From contig NC_087437.1 in the NCBI RefSeq assembly GCF_036321535.1, forward strand, positions 48,548,001 to 48,612,000: DNA of 64,000 bases. The letters are read 5' to 3'. This DNA is from Camelus dromedarius (taxonomy: Eukaryota). Below the pieces are notes generated by a model that made no database searches, had not been told where the DNA came from, and was given only the letters and a program-made list of their open reading frames with translations. The position numbers and the translations under genes were made by a program. Positions 26,515-39,630 of this stretch are shown one piece after another; within the stretch, counting starts at the first letter, position 1, and each line of letters opens with the position of its first letter.

Positions 26515-29500
26515 GTCTAGGATGATAATTCTTAAACTATGGTCTTTGATAACTTGGGAGTTGCAAGTTTTCTCCTCATATGTGATTCAAAATTGTTAGT
26601 TCCTTCTTTGGTTGTCATGGGCTGGATAAATGACATGAAATACCATAGACTTACTGTTACGTACATGTGAGGCTACTTACTAGTAACCTACTAAATGATT
26701 TATTAAACGCTACTTATATTTAGTATCAAAAACTAAAACTGGCCCAACACCAGAATTGTTCCCTACCTCTTAGCCTTTTTAACTTTTACAAAGATTACAT
26801 GTTTTATCCCCAAATTACCTCACAGATGTGTTAAACACCATCATAACCATAACACATTGTACTTTTATCCCATACCACTTACATAACTGTAATTAATTTA
26901 TTTAATTAAAGTCTAGATCAGACTATTAGCTCTAAAAGATCAGTGGTCATGGCTGGTTTTTCCACCACTGTGTACCCAGCCCATAGCATATCTGGAAAAT
27001 TGTAAGTGTTTGGTATATATTTGTTAGCTGAATGAATGAAATGAATTGCTTCAGGTCACTAATTGCTTCAATTCTTGTTTTTTAATTTTAAAGAACTTTT
27101 CATTTAGCTTTAACATTATCAATCGAGTTTGTTAATGGTTGTTTGGTTACTCAACTATTTGTAATGATGTCATGCTTATACCAATAGTATTTTGGGTATA
27201 TAATTTTGTACTGACAGGTCTTAAGACAAGAATGAAATGTGGTTCTAATGAGTCATTCACACTTCCATTGTTAAAACAGTTATATGAAATTCAGTCCATG
27301 GAGGATAGCAGGGGGAAGGTTAACAAGGACACTTCATTATTACCTACAAGTTCTCATTCCAACAGAAAATGGTCAAAAAGTTTGAGAAAGCCATTGTATT
27401 TGCAAGAAATGTATTTTGTGGATGATAGAGGCATATATGTTTTAGTTAATACCCTTTGGTTCAGGGATCATAGATATTTAATTTCTAGAAATTCTTGCTT
27501 CTTCTCTACCTCAAGGCTAGACTTTTGGAACATGTCTACAAAGCCTCACCTCAGCTCCACTTGGGGTAACACAACTTTTACTAGCTTGTTTCCAAGACAA
27601 GATGTGAGAAGGAAGGAGTTCACCTAACTCCAGATAATACTTCCAAGTCATTAGCCTTTTGTGTGCTTTGTTTTCACAAAGGTGGAGGTACAAATGGAAC
27701 TCCAGGGATGATGGTCCTCCATGTCTTAAATTCCAAGTCTAATGTGAAACATAAGACTTCCTTAGAAAACATCAGGACCACTGATCTGTACTCAACAGCT
27801 TCAGATACAGTTTTGGTCTATTTATTCCAGTATTTCTAACATTTAATCAAGGAAGATCCAACTCCAATGACTCTTATTTTAAACAATTTTACTAAGAGCA
27901 ACATTAAGGTAATTTAGGTAAAAACAAAACTTAAAACAAGGAAAAAGAATGTTAATTACTTTAGGGAAATGTGTAAAATTACTCTTCATTGAATGCTCAA
28001 TGGTTATTTCTTCTAAATTGCTCTTTAGTGAGTATTTATTGTGCACATTCTCAAGCTGCTCATTAGAATCGTTCATTCGAAGATAACAGGTAAACTGTGA
28101 AACTATCGATAAATTCACTAGGTATAGAGAATCTTGAAATCCTTTGTGTCCTCAACTCCTTTGGCAACCTCTGCACAAAGTTATCAAGGAATCTAAAGAC
28201 CCAGTTCTGCCAAACCCCAACCTGACACTCTGATGTGTACTCAGAATTTAACCTGAAAGTTTTACACAGATTGACCCAATTTGCAAAGTTGAAAAAAGTT
28301 GTTAAATTGTTCCTTACACTACAAAAGTCCTTGAAAAGAGATAATCCTGTCAAGTTGTGAAGTCTAGTGATCTCAAAAAAAAAAAAAAAAAGGAAAGGAA
28401 AGGAAGCTTTTTTTGTTACAAGTGTGGAAGTGCTTATAAAGGAGACAGCTGCTGCTGCTTGGATTTAAACTGTCATTTCTTTCTTTTTTTTTCTTTTTGA
28501 CAAAGAACATTCTAGTACTGACAAAAAAAAAATCTGTTTTTTCTTCCATCTTTGGTCTAACTTACACAAGTTAACACCTCTCAGAGGGCCCCTCAGTCTC
28601 CTCTCCGCCTATCCAGACCCTACCTGTCCTTTCAGTTCTAACTTCCAACTTCTGCCTGAGTCAGCTTCCAAGTGCATCAGCACATATCGATTCCCTTTTT
28701 CTCTAAAGCACCTTTGTCTCTGCCATTCATTATATCTCATGTTGCTTGGTTGCTTTACTTTTATTGAACTATTCCTCTTCTCCATAATCAGAGTATAAAC
28801 TCCAGGGGCGCTAGGAGAGTGCTTTATGCCCTTTCACACTAGGAGAGGAATGTTATGAGGAGCTACTGGTAGGGTGTTGTGATAGCACTAACACAGGCCA
28901 GGGTGGAGGGGGTGCTTTGGAAAGACTGCCCAGAGGAGATCCCCCAAAGTGACATTCTCTCATTCCTAGGCCTCTGCTTAACCCAATGATCCAGCCAAAG
29001 CTCTAGTTCTTTTTAATCTTCCTTCTGACTATATTTACCCCTTTCTGAAAGCACATCCACCTCATACTCAATCCTTTTGGTTCTGCTTAAACAGTAATAC
29101 TTCCTTCATTTCTTTCTTGTAAGGGCAGAAAGAGCTGAGCTAGAAACAAGTTTGCTACAGGTTTCATGGGCACTCTGATGTATTTTTATTTTTCTCTTAT
29201 ACCTCTGTATTATGTATGCTGTAATGCTACTGCATATGGATTGGTTCCAGGTCACTGGTTGGCAAACCTGTACTCCAGTTCTGGAGTGATATTTCACTTG
29301 GAAGACTTCACTGTCTCTTGAACAAGGAAGTTATTTGTGACAGACAGAAGATAAATAAATAATAATGCAGCAGACTTTCCACCCAGGGATTTTTGTGTTC
29401 TGCAAGCAAGTGGTAGTATTATATCCACTCTATCAGTAGGTGGCTGAGAATAAACTTTATGTATCTAGAAAGCATAGCAATAAACCTATAGGGCTTTTCC

Positions 29501-29529
29501 TAAATTAGAAAAGGGGCCTTCTCCTTCAA

Positions 29530-30018
29530 ACAGCTATTTGTATACCAATGTTCACAGCAGCATTATTTATAAGAGTCAGAAGATGGATGTAACCCAAGTG
29601 TCCACTGATGGATGAATGGATAAACAAAATGTGGCGTATACATACAATGAAATATTATTCAGCCTTAAAAAGGAAGGAAATTCTGACACATGCTACAATA
29701 TGGATGAATCCTGAAGATACTACACTAAGTGAAATAACCAGTCACTAGAGGACAAATATTGTATGATTCCACATAAATGAGGTACCTAGAGTAGTCAAAT
29801 TCATAGAGACATAAAGTAGAACAGTGGTTGCCAAGGGCTGGGGGAGGCATGAATGGGGAGTTAGTATTTATCGGGTACACAGTTTCAGTTGGGGAAGATG
29901 AAAAAGTTCTGGATATGGAAGGTAGTGGTGACTGCCCAACAATGTGAATGTACCTAATGCCACAGAATTGGTCAAATGGGAAATTTTATGTTATGTGTAT
30001 TTTACCACAATAAAAAAG
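29530..30018 (+). mobile_element. L1MB-like 3' end
   Basis: aatgttcacagcagcattatt...gatgaatggataaacaaaatgtgg...gccttaaaaaggaaggaaattctgacacatgctaca. Confidence 0.9.
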
Positions 30019-30189
30019 GGGGACTTTCTTGGCAATACTTATCTCTTCCCTAAAAGTAACAAAAAGATGAAAGAAAAACTAAAAATCAGATTTCATACAT
30101 TTCTTCACTTGGCTAATCCCATTCTAGCTGTTCCAATGTTGAGCAATGCAGTTAAGAGTTACCTGATTGTTTTCTTTTTAGGATGCTAA

Positions 30190-30950
30190 AAAAAAAAAAA
30201 GCTGTCTACATTATTATGGTATGCTCCATAATTGAACAATTATCAATAAGTAGATGATAATCTTGATATTACATATTTATGAAAAGCTGCCACCAAATAC
30301 ATTATAAATTTGGTAGAATGTACTGAGTTTTATTTTCCTTCAGAAGAAAATCCACACAGGAAATTCATGAATTTTGAATTAATTTCTTCTGCTGAAAGAT
30401 AATTTAAGCTTGTCAAAAAAACTTTACAATATAAATTGTTGGAACTAGCTACTGATAAAGACTTAAAAGATCATTTTCAAAATATGGTCTTATTTGCATC
30501 ATTAGAGATAAAACTTGAAAGCTGGGATTCTGAGTTTTCTGAAATTACTTTAAAATTTCTTTTCCCATTCCCATCAACATACCTCTATGAGACTTATTTC
30601 TCTATCATAAATATTATTCAAATGAAATACAGATAGTATAGATACACGCTATCCTCAATGAATATTGTTGTCAATCCAAACTATATTTGTTAACAAATAA
30701 TAAGCAAACTAATGCTTTACATTCAAATCTTTAAAAATTGCTGTACATGATTTTCCTTTGAAGTGTGTAATAGGCATTTAACATTGGGAACTGCTATTTT
30801 AATTATAATTTTTTAATTTAGGTATGATTATGGAATGATAAAAAGTTACAAGTGTAATAGATTCCCTTTGTGTTAATTGTTCATATGCATATTTTCAATG
30901 AACAAGGTAGACTTTTGTGATTTCCTATGCTATATATGCTCTAATAATAT
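30190..30950 (+). mobile_element. hAT-Charlie transposon with degraded transposase C-terminus
   Basis: ORF 30436..30636 LELATDKDLK..F...SEITLKFLFPFPSTYLYETYFS..IIQMKYR resembles the hAT dimerisation motif (LLPFPSTYLCETGFS...KTKYR). Confidence 0.8.
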
Positions 30951-31234
30951 TTATCAAAATTTGATTTTATTTGTTTAATATTATAAGTTTTGAGTTTGTA
31001 CTTTAAAAGAAAAAGCTCTCTAGAGGAAATACATATTTTAATACTATTTTAAAACTTTTCTTTTAGTCACTATAACCTTCCCATACCAGGTAGACTTTTA
31101 CTTATTCCCCTATTTGTTTCCTTTGAATATCTGAAATTTCATGTACAGGGACATAAAAATTATATTCCACAGTAGAAAATAGGAACATGCACACATAACT
31201 TAGGAAAGGGAACACATTTTCTTAAATTAACTAA

Positions 31235-31408
31235 GCCAGTGCTGCTGACAGTATGATCTCACAATGTCCTGCATTCAGTAGAGAACCTATTAAAATTCTT
31301 ATCCTAGACTTACTCAATCAGCATCTTTGGGACTGGTGACTTGTAATCGGCATTTTAAATTAGCTCCTCTAAGCTATATTTATGTACACTGAAGTTTGAG
31401 AACCAGTA
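31235..31408. mobile_element. MER5-family hAT MITE
   Basis: cctagacttactcaatcagcatctttggg...cactgaagtttgagaaccag. Confidence 0.6.
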
Positions 31409-31709
31409 AACTAAAACAAAAGTAAATAATACGATTATCAGGAGTATATCCTCTTAGACAAGAAAGAAAAGATGATCAGATGGGAATCTCATCAAAGGGC
31501 AGAAACATGAGACTGAAATCAAAATTACAATGTCTTACTGTACTCACTGATTTTTTAACTAAGATAGAAAACATCAGAATGATGTCACAGGCTTAAATAA
31601 CAAAACAACAAAGAAATGAAAGCTTTCATGGGAAGGTGCACCAAAGGGAATAATCTGCCTTTGTGAAGTGTTTTGCAAAACTTGAAGGAAAAGTATAGCA
31701 TATCATGTG

Positions 31710-32077
31710 TGTAAAAATTAGTAAAACAGAAACTTCAATAAAAATAGAGTCAAGAGGCAGATAGGAGGGCTCTCATGTTCCACAACAATAGCAGAGCCCA
31801 TTAGGAAGAAAAAAAGACTTCCTCTTCTTGCCTGGCAAGAGTTCAGCCAATGAAAAGTCACTATACTTCAAGTCTCAATTCCTCCAACGAACTATTCATT
31901 ACTTTAGCCCTCCCAACTTCATTTTCTCCTCTGTGAAAGAGCTCACTTCTTGCTGTGTGGGAACTTGTACTGTGGCTCCCCATAGTTCTAGACCTTGAAT
32001 TGCAATTCCTTGTTGATCTCCAATAAACTCACTTTAGCTGGAGAAATATTTGATAGTCTATTTGTTTTAGGTCAACA
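31710..32077 (+). mobile_element. ERV1-class solo LTR
   Basis: TG...CA ends, CCAAT box (agccaatg), AATAAA at ~32022, 4-bp TSD TGTG. Confidence 0.75.
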
Positions 32078-33587
32078 TGTGTCAATGCAGGAACAAGGCA
32101 CAGTCTTTTGGCATTTTCATCTTTGACCAGCCAGCCCAAACTCAGATACAATTTTGTATTATACATAATCTGTTTATATTTTATTTGAATTCCTAAGGAA
32201 CTTCTATCCAGGACCAACCAAAGATCTTTATGCTTTGCTTTCTTGAAGCTTTCAGTTTCACATCTTTGAGAATTATGGAGTGTTTTCCTGTGGCCAAAAA
32301 ATACCATCTATGTAAAAGGTGTCAAAGAAATTAAAAGAATGCATAAAGTGGTTTTTATCTCTTTAGGAACTACATTTCTGTCAAAAAAAAAAAAAAAAAA
32401 AAAAGGAGGGGAGGAGGAGGGCTTAAAATCCAAAGCAACAGAATATTAAATAGTTTAAAATACTGTCAGTAATGCAAAAGCCTTAGTACTCACATAGCCT
32501 TTTTCACAATCCCAGTGTATCCGATAAAGAGGATTTCAGAACACTGTGACTGCAGTATGTTTCATAGTCAATGTGGTTTGAGTGATAAGGCTCATTTCTC
32601 TTCTCCTCAACTCTCCCACTGTCTATACTGTGCTTTCATTCTGTCTTTTCTGCCTGTATGTCTACATTCAGCTCTTTCCCTCCAAATAAAGAATGCTGCC
32701 TCTGACTATGACTATATAAGAACAGTTCCTTTTTTAATCCTAGTTTCACCCATGAGCCAAAATGATACATTAACATTTTTTTAAAAGTACTATGAATAAA
32801 TCGTTTTGCAGCAATGATCTATGGAATGGCTCCCAACCCCATCCCTTGGTGTTTCATACCCATACCATGCTCCTGGGTAACCTGGGTTTAGAAAGCAGCA
32901 GCTGCCTGAGCAGCACGTGAAGACATCCATCTGTGGCATAACAGAAAGAATGGATACAAGGGACTCCATTAGGTCCTCCTGACTGAATGGACAGTAGAGG
33001 CTAAGGAGAGAGGGAAGAGTTCAACTTAAATCAGAGGTTTCAAGCTGAGTCATAAAGAGAATCATGACACCATAAAGAAGAAACAGAAAAGAGAAGAACT
33101 GGTTCTGAGAGCAAAATTATGCATTTCACTTCAGATATGAAATTTTAAAACTGATGACAGAGATGTCTAGCAGATAACTGCAGCTACAGTACTGCAGCCA
33201 AAGAGAGGGCGCAGGTCCAAAGGTGGTGATTTGATCATTTTCATTTCTACAACAGTTATGGCATTATAATGGATGAAACATCTAAGGGAAAGAGTGAAGA
33301 AAAACAAGCAGAGCATATGGCTGGACCATTAAGGCATGATGAAGAGAAGCCAATGAATGGGACAGCAGAACAGTAATCAGAGAAACCAAATGAGAACTGG
33401 AGTGGCTCAGAGTTACAGAGGTCAAGAGAGGAAGATAAGCAAGAAACTGAGGATCTCAGTTGTGTGAAGCACAAGAAAACAGACCAATGAGAATGAGAAT
33501 TAAGAAAAAATTAAGTTTATCAATTCAGAGGCTATTAACGTAAGCCAAATTTTAAGATAATGAGGAAGTAGGAAAAATGGGTGATAT

Positions 33588-34018
33588 TAGCACTGACCAA
33601 TAGAAAGGTAATACGTATCACATGTATAATTTAAAAATTTCTAGTAGCCACATTAAAAAAGTAAAAAGAAATGAGTAAAATTAATAATATATTTTGTTTA
33701 AACCAATTTCAAATATTAAATTGCAAAATTTCAATTCACAATATAAAAATTTTTTTTTGGCGGGCGGTAATTAGGTTTATAATTTATTTATTTTCTCAAT
33801 GGAGGCACTATGGATTGAACCCAGGACCTCGTGCATGCAAAGCATGCACTCTACCAATGAGCTATACACTTCCCCCAGAATTTTATATTCTTCTTATTGT
33901 TCATCATCTTCAAAATTTAGTGTGTTTTTCACACTGGCAGCACATCTCAGTTTGGTTGCTACATTTCAAGTGCTTAATAGCCACATGTGAATAGTGGCTT
34001 CCTTACTGGACAACTCAG
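33588..34018. mobile_element. MER33-like hAT MITE interrupted by a SINE
   Basis: ttctagtagccacattaaaaaagtaaaaagaa...acatttcaagtgcttaatagccacatgtg. Confidence 0.8.
33750..33876 (-). mobile_element. tRNA-derived SINE (camelid Vic-1-like)
   Basis: Reverse complement GGGGAAGTGTATAGCTCATTGGTAGAGTGCATGCTTTGCATGCACGAGGTCCTGGGTTCAATCC (A and B boxes), AT-rich linker, poly(A). Confidence 0.85.
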
Positions 34019-34359
34019 AGACAGAGAATGTAAATATGCCCCATGCAACATGCTGAAGACAGGAATGGGTTATGGAAACCAGTACCCAAAACTACAAGTG
34101 GGGATAAGGTGTCCTAAATGGATTATCTGAACCTCAGATGAGAAATGGGATGACAGTAGCAAATAAAGTGACAAAATGACATAAAAATGATATTTGGGAG
34201 CAAGGAGGACACCTCTGTCATGTTCAATACACTAGGAGGAGAATGAGAAATGAGGATAAGACCACTCACTGTAAGAGGGTTAAGGGGAAGGTAGTCCTAT
34301 CGAGAGAGAGTCATATTTGAGTTATGTTGAAGGAAATTTTTGATTATGAGGAACAGCAG

Positions 34360-34914
34360 TGCGGAAATGAATAAAGATCAACCAAATTAAAATAAGCAAA
34401 GGCTATTTATTCAGAGCTTGCTACAGAAAAGAAGTTAGCCACTGTCACTTGCATTTTGGCAGAGATTCAAAGCAGGCAGAGTGGGAAAGCTTTATAATGG
34501 AAAAAAAGGGAAGGTTTCAGGTATGCCTTGAATGACAACTGTTGGCAAGGGGAAGCTGTAGGCTGGCTCAACAGAAGTGGGGAATCCTATGTGATTAATT
34601 AGGAATACGTATTTGGCTTTTTCTGGCTGGTCCTAAATTGGAAGCAGGTACAAAAATTATGGAAGCTGTTGGTTATTACTCAAGTTCTGGACATTTGGGG
34701 CAGATTATAACAAGGGTTTTTGTTGTGTTGTTTTTACTGTTACTGGAGATAGTACTCTGACTTTTTACTACTCTGATTTATAGCAGGCTGGCTTCCTGGG
34801 CTGCTCACTATAGATAATGAGTTGGTTTCCTGGGCAGGTTGCTGCAAACTGTGGGTCAGAGTTCTATTCATACATATAGTCTGGCCATTGTCCATATGTA
34901 TATTCAATCACTCA
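34360..34914 (-). mobile_element. MER89-like ERV1 LTR
   Basis: Reverse complement starts tgagtgattgaatatacatatggacaatggccagac...ctctgacccacag; near TSD gcag/gtag. Confidence 0.8.
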
Positions 34915-35129
34915 GTAGCCTTGCTTCTGTTATTTATTTAAGATTGCATTTTTTAATTTAATGTAGCTCAGGAATGTTGCATGTTGAAAGTCAAAAGACC
35001 TGAGTCATAATCCCCATTCTTTTACAATTAGTAGTGTGACTCCAAACTCAGCATTAAACTTCTCTGCACCTCAAATTTTCTCATCCAAAAATGGAGAGAA
35101 GTCAAAAGTTTTCAGTTGCAGAAAATATA

Positions 35130-37090
35130 AAAGGAAGACAGAAAGACAGAAAAAAAAAAGATGACATCAACCACAGAGCAGAGAAAACTAACGAGGCTTC
35201 AATATAAATTAAATATAATTTAAAAAGAAATTATAGATATAAAAATACTGAAACTCAGTCTAGAAATGAACAAGCATCAGAGAGATGTTAAGTCATAACT
35301 AACCAAACAATAGGAGAAATCAGAAATATATATCAACAGTTAAGACTAAATTACAAGATGTTTATGCACCAACACCGTAGTAGGTGATAGTCAAAGAATG
35401 GCATCTGAAACTCATGAACTAAACAGAAGCCTAAGTAAGAAAAAGTGGTACTAAAGGCATTATATACAGAAAATCATTAGAATTAATATAAAGGTAGCCA
35501 CTAGAACAACAATATAAACCTTCCTAAATACCAAAAGCAATATAAAAAGGACAAAGGAAACATGTACAATGTGAATGACAGAGATCAAAATTTATCAATA
35601 ACATTGACAAATTCAAATGGACTTAACTCATATATGAAAAGAAAAGGTTACTTCAGCTTACAGAGTAAAATCCATCTCTATGCCATATATAAGAGAAACC
35701 CCTAAAACAAAGTTATTGAGAAAGATTAAATATAAAGAGATGAGCAAAGGTATACAAGAAAAAAAAAGCAAACAAAAAGAAGGGAGGCATTGTGATCTTA
35801 ATATCTGATGAGCTAGAATTCAGTACCTTAAGCATTTAAAAAAAAGACAATAAATGACATGTCATTATGCAAAATAACATAATATATAAAAATTTTGAAT
35901 ATTTATGCACCGAATTTCATAGCAGTCACTTTATAAAGCAGAAACTCCAAGAGATCCAAGGAGAAAGAACCAGAAACACACAATAATGTACAATTTTAAT
36001 ATACCACTCTCCAAGACAAGCTGACAAAAATAAAGATATAGAGGTCCTAGACAACATAATCAATAAAGTAAATTATATGAATGTAAATCAGACTTTGAAT
36101 CCCAAAATAGAAAATATATCTTCTTTTCAAGAGCACATAAGCATTCATAAAGATAGACATACATTGTGGTCCAAAGACAATCTCAATGAGCTTAACAAAG
36201 TAGAAATAACACAACAATAATTATTTCATTTCATAAAATAGAAATGATACAAAGATAATCTTCTCATATTAAAAATATAGAAATTAATAACAAAGTCAAA
36301 ACATAAATAGGACTTTCTATCCAAAGTTAAATAACTCTTTATTAAACAACTCTTGAAGCACAGGGGAACTGAAACTTCAGAATTATTTACAAAAATAATG
36401 GCAATGCAGACACTACATATTAGTATCAGTGAGATAAAGTTAAAGCAAAGATTAGAGAAAAAAATGATAGCCTTAAGTGGTTACATAGAAAAAAATGGAA
36501 GAAGGACAATAAATTAATATCCACTTGAAGTAATGGAAAGACATTCCTTGTTCTTAAATAAGATTTATTTAATATCACAGAGATGTCAATTCTTCACAGG
36601 CACATAAAGTTTAACTTGGAAGCACTTAAAAATAAACACAGAGAAAAGAGAATATTAAAAACAATGGCAAAAATAATGAGTTATAAACAGAAAAAAAAAG
36701 AATAAATAAATTTAAAATGTCTGGGGGAAATTAACAAAATATGGAATCTACTAATTAATCAAGCAAAAGAAGAAACACAAATATACAAAATAAGAAATGA
36801 CAACAAGTAAATAACCATAAAAACAGGAAATTTTAAAAAATCATTAACAGACTGCATGGTACAACTCTGGGCTAATAAATTATAAAAACTTGATGAAATG
36901 TATGCATTCAGAATATTGACTCTAGTGTATGTAAGATTTTGAACAAACTGATTCCCTATCTCTAGAAATAGAGATAGTTTTTGAAAATACTAGCCTACAA
37001 AAAGTATAAGGCCAAAATGGTGTTACAAGGGAATTCTAGCAAACCTCCAAAGACCAGATTATTCCAATGCTTCTATGTTACAAAACATAG
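35130..37090 (+). mobile_element. Ancient L1M ORF2 (endonuclease to RT region), heavily degraded
   Basis: A-rich strand; aatggacttaactc (NGLN), aatatttatgcacc (NIYAP), cttcttttcaagagcacat (FFS.AH), ttgatgaaatg (LDEM). Confidence 0.85.
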
Positions 37091-38000
37091 AGGTGAAAAA
37101 TCTGCTTATCCTCTTCCTAACTCCCTCTTTAACTATGATCCATGCCCACAACCATTGCCTGAGCTCAGATCTTCATAATCTTTTGCCTGGAAGCTCCATT
37201 CCTTTATCTTCTAATTTTTCCTGCAAATTGATGCTGGAGTGTTACTGCTTTGCAAATGAAAATACAATCACATTTTACTTACTTTCGCAATTTAAATGTT
37301 CTGGTAACAGAAGTTGTAGGTATGAAAACTACAATTGGGAAAATTCGGCTATTGTCTTAAACATGTTCTGTATAATAAATTTGATTATCAATTCAGTTTT
37401 TGGATATGCAGGGCTTAAGGAGCCTTTGATACATCCAGGCAATTTCTTTGGAAGACATTATGAAATTGAAAAGACAAGACAGCTGAGGATGGAATTCTAG
37501 AAAATATATCAAAGGAAACTAAAGAAAGAGAATTTAGTAGGGAAAAGTTGAGTGCATAAGACAGATCTTCCCAAGTGATTTTGTGGGGCAGGAGGGTAGT
37601 AACCATCTTCATTTTGAAAACCTTGTCTCAGGATATTTAGCCAAGGTCATATAACTAGCATATGTTGTACCCAGGACTAAAGCTCAGAGTATAGCCAAGG
37701 CCAGAGTTCTGCACACACTGCCTCTTTCTTCATCTAATAGTCCTCAGCAAGTCTGTCCTTTGAAATGTCAAGGTTTCTTATACTTCCTAGTGTTGATAGC
37801 TCATTTGTCCTAAATTTAATTCTCCTTAAAAGTAGGAACCATATTTTATTGTACCCTGTAATCAACAAGGGTCCCTAGCACAGTGAAACACTAATTCATG
37901 CTACAGAACTCTTGTGTAATATTAACTATTACTATAACACATATTTTCTTAAATCTATTAGATTTCTCTTTAAGACTAGCACATATTTTTAAAGCTGTTT

Positions 38001-38450
38001 TGCTACTGAAAGTGTCGAACAATAATCTGTATTGATGCTGCAAAGAACAGAGCTTTATTTGGGGTCTTAAGAATTGCGATTTGGGAGACACAGATTTGGG
38101 AAAACCAAAATACTATTCCAGGGAAGAGAAAGAGACAGGGACTTAAAAAAACAAAATCCACAAAGGTGTTAAATTGTGAGAGAATTGTGATTTACTCTGA
38201 TGCACGTCAGGATATTTGTCCTTAAGAAATCATAAGTTGTTTTAGGGTAAAAATTACATAAGTAGATAGGTTGTCACAAGTTATTTTAGGGGATGTGTCC
38301 AATAAGCATCTTGAATAGGACAGTAAGTGTTTAAATGATCAGATTCCATCTGGGCTGAGAGATGAATGAGTCACTTCCTCAGTGGCCTCCCAGCTCCATT
38401 TTAGAAAGCTCTCTTAGCAATACTGACTCCATTTTGATTTTCCTTTCATA
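38001..38450 (-). mobile_element. ERV1-class LTR (MER34/MER39-like)
   Basis: Antisense AATAAA (gctttattt); gaattgcgatttgggagacacagatt; actgactccattttg near the LTR 5' end. Confidence 0.65.
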
Positions 38451-38596
38451 AGAGACTATACTGCAAAAAGTCTGAAGCCTTGTCTTAATACTCTATTGAG
38501 CATTCACCATCAATAAATCATTCAAATGGCAAGTCTGATTATGTCTTCTTAAACTACTGCATTTTCCATTTATTTTGAGTCCAAATGAATGAAGTA

Positions 38597-39081
38597 TGTT
38601 ATCACTCAGGTTCTGGCAGAAAGAGGTATGGCTCTGGATTATCCTCAAACTGGATAACTGAGGAGCATTTAATAGACTACAGAAGTATGGGAAGGGTTAC
38701 AGGAAATTAATTTAAAATAATGCTTTACCCCAGGGCTAGCAGTTGTGGAGAAACACTACTCCTCTAGTCTGATGGTGCAAAGGAGAGATGACTACTCAAA
38801 CCTGGGAAAAGAAGGGCACTTGACAGATCTACAGCCTCTGCAAGAGAGACTAGCCAACATTTTATTATCTACCAGTGAGAGTCCCTTGGGAATAAATGTG
38901 GAAAAAATGCCCCGATTTCAGCCTTCAGGGAGATTTCCATTGGCTGAACACAACCAGAAGCTAGAGGGACAAAGAACTCTTTGATGCAGTCCAGATAGGT
39001 CAGTCAGTCCCCTGGGGCACAGAGAGGATGGAGAAGAGTAGAGAGTGAATCTGGGAGGGCAAATGGAAAATATCCAATATA
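38597..39081 (-). mobile_element. LTR33-like ERVL LTR
   Basis: Reverse complement ggatattttccatttgccctcccagattcactctc...tgtgccccagggg...ggactgcatcaa...ccctctagcttctggttgtgttcagccaatgg. Confidence 0.8.
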
Positions 39082-39084
39082 GTA

Positions 39085-39630
39085 CTCTTGCAGGTAACAT
39101 AAAATCTAACTGAAGCTTGTCTAAGCAAACAAGGGAATTTATTGACTCAAGTATCCCAAAACTATAGCAGTAGCTCTATCTTCAGGCCCAGCTTCATGTA
39201 GCATTTCAAAGGATGTCATCGGGATTCAGTATCTCTCTAACAGCTCTTCCATGTAGACTTTATTCAAAGAGGCAAGACGTCTGATAGCAGTTTCAGACTG
39301 AAGTCCAGGAAAAAACAGTAAAATAATAATAAAATAAAACAAAATAAGAAATAATAAAGTAAAAAACACAAGGTCCTTTCAACAGGTCCTTTCAAGGTCC
39401 TTTTAATCAGAGTTCCTGGGCTTAACTCTCAGTGGCCTAAATCAAGTCACCTGCTTATTCCTAAACCAATCAACTTAATCAGAGGAATGAAACATGACTG
39501 ACCTGTACTGAATCACATGCCTATTCTCAGACTCAGTAGTTTAGGCCAGACAAAGCCCAACAACAGAAGGTGGGGAAAAGGTGAGCACTGTTACCAAAAC
39601 TAGAGAAAATGGATGTTAGGCTGCCAAAAG
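39085..39630 (-). mobile_element. MLT1 (MaLR) LTR
   Basis: gcttgtctaagcaaacaagggaatttattgactca...ttaccaaaactagagaaaatggatgttaggctgccaaaa. Confidence 0.6.

Noticed and set aside
27139..27627. 162-aa ORF
   Set aside because: Non-ATG start, no recognisable domain or exon structure; chance ORF in AT-rich DNA.
37075..37500. 141-aa ORF
   Set aside because: Begins in the end of a degraded L1 and continues into L2-like/unique sequence; no recognisable homology.
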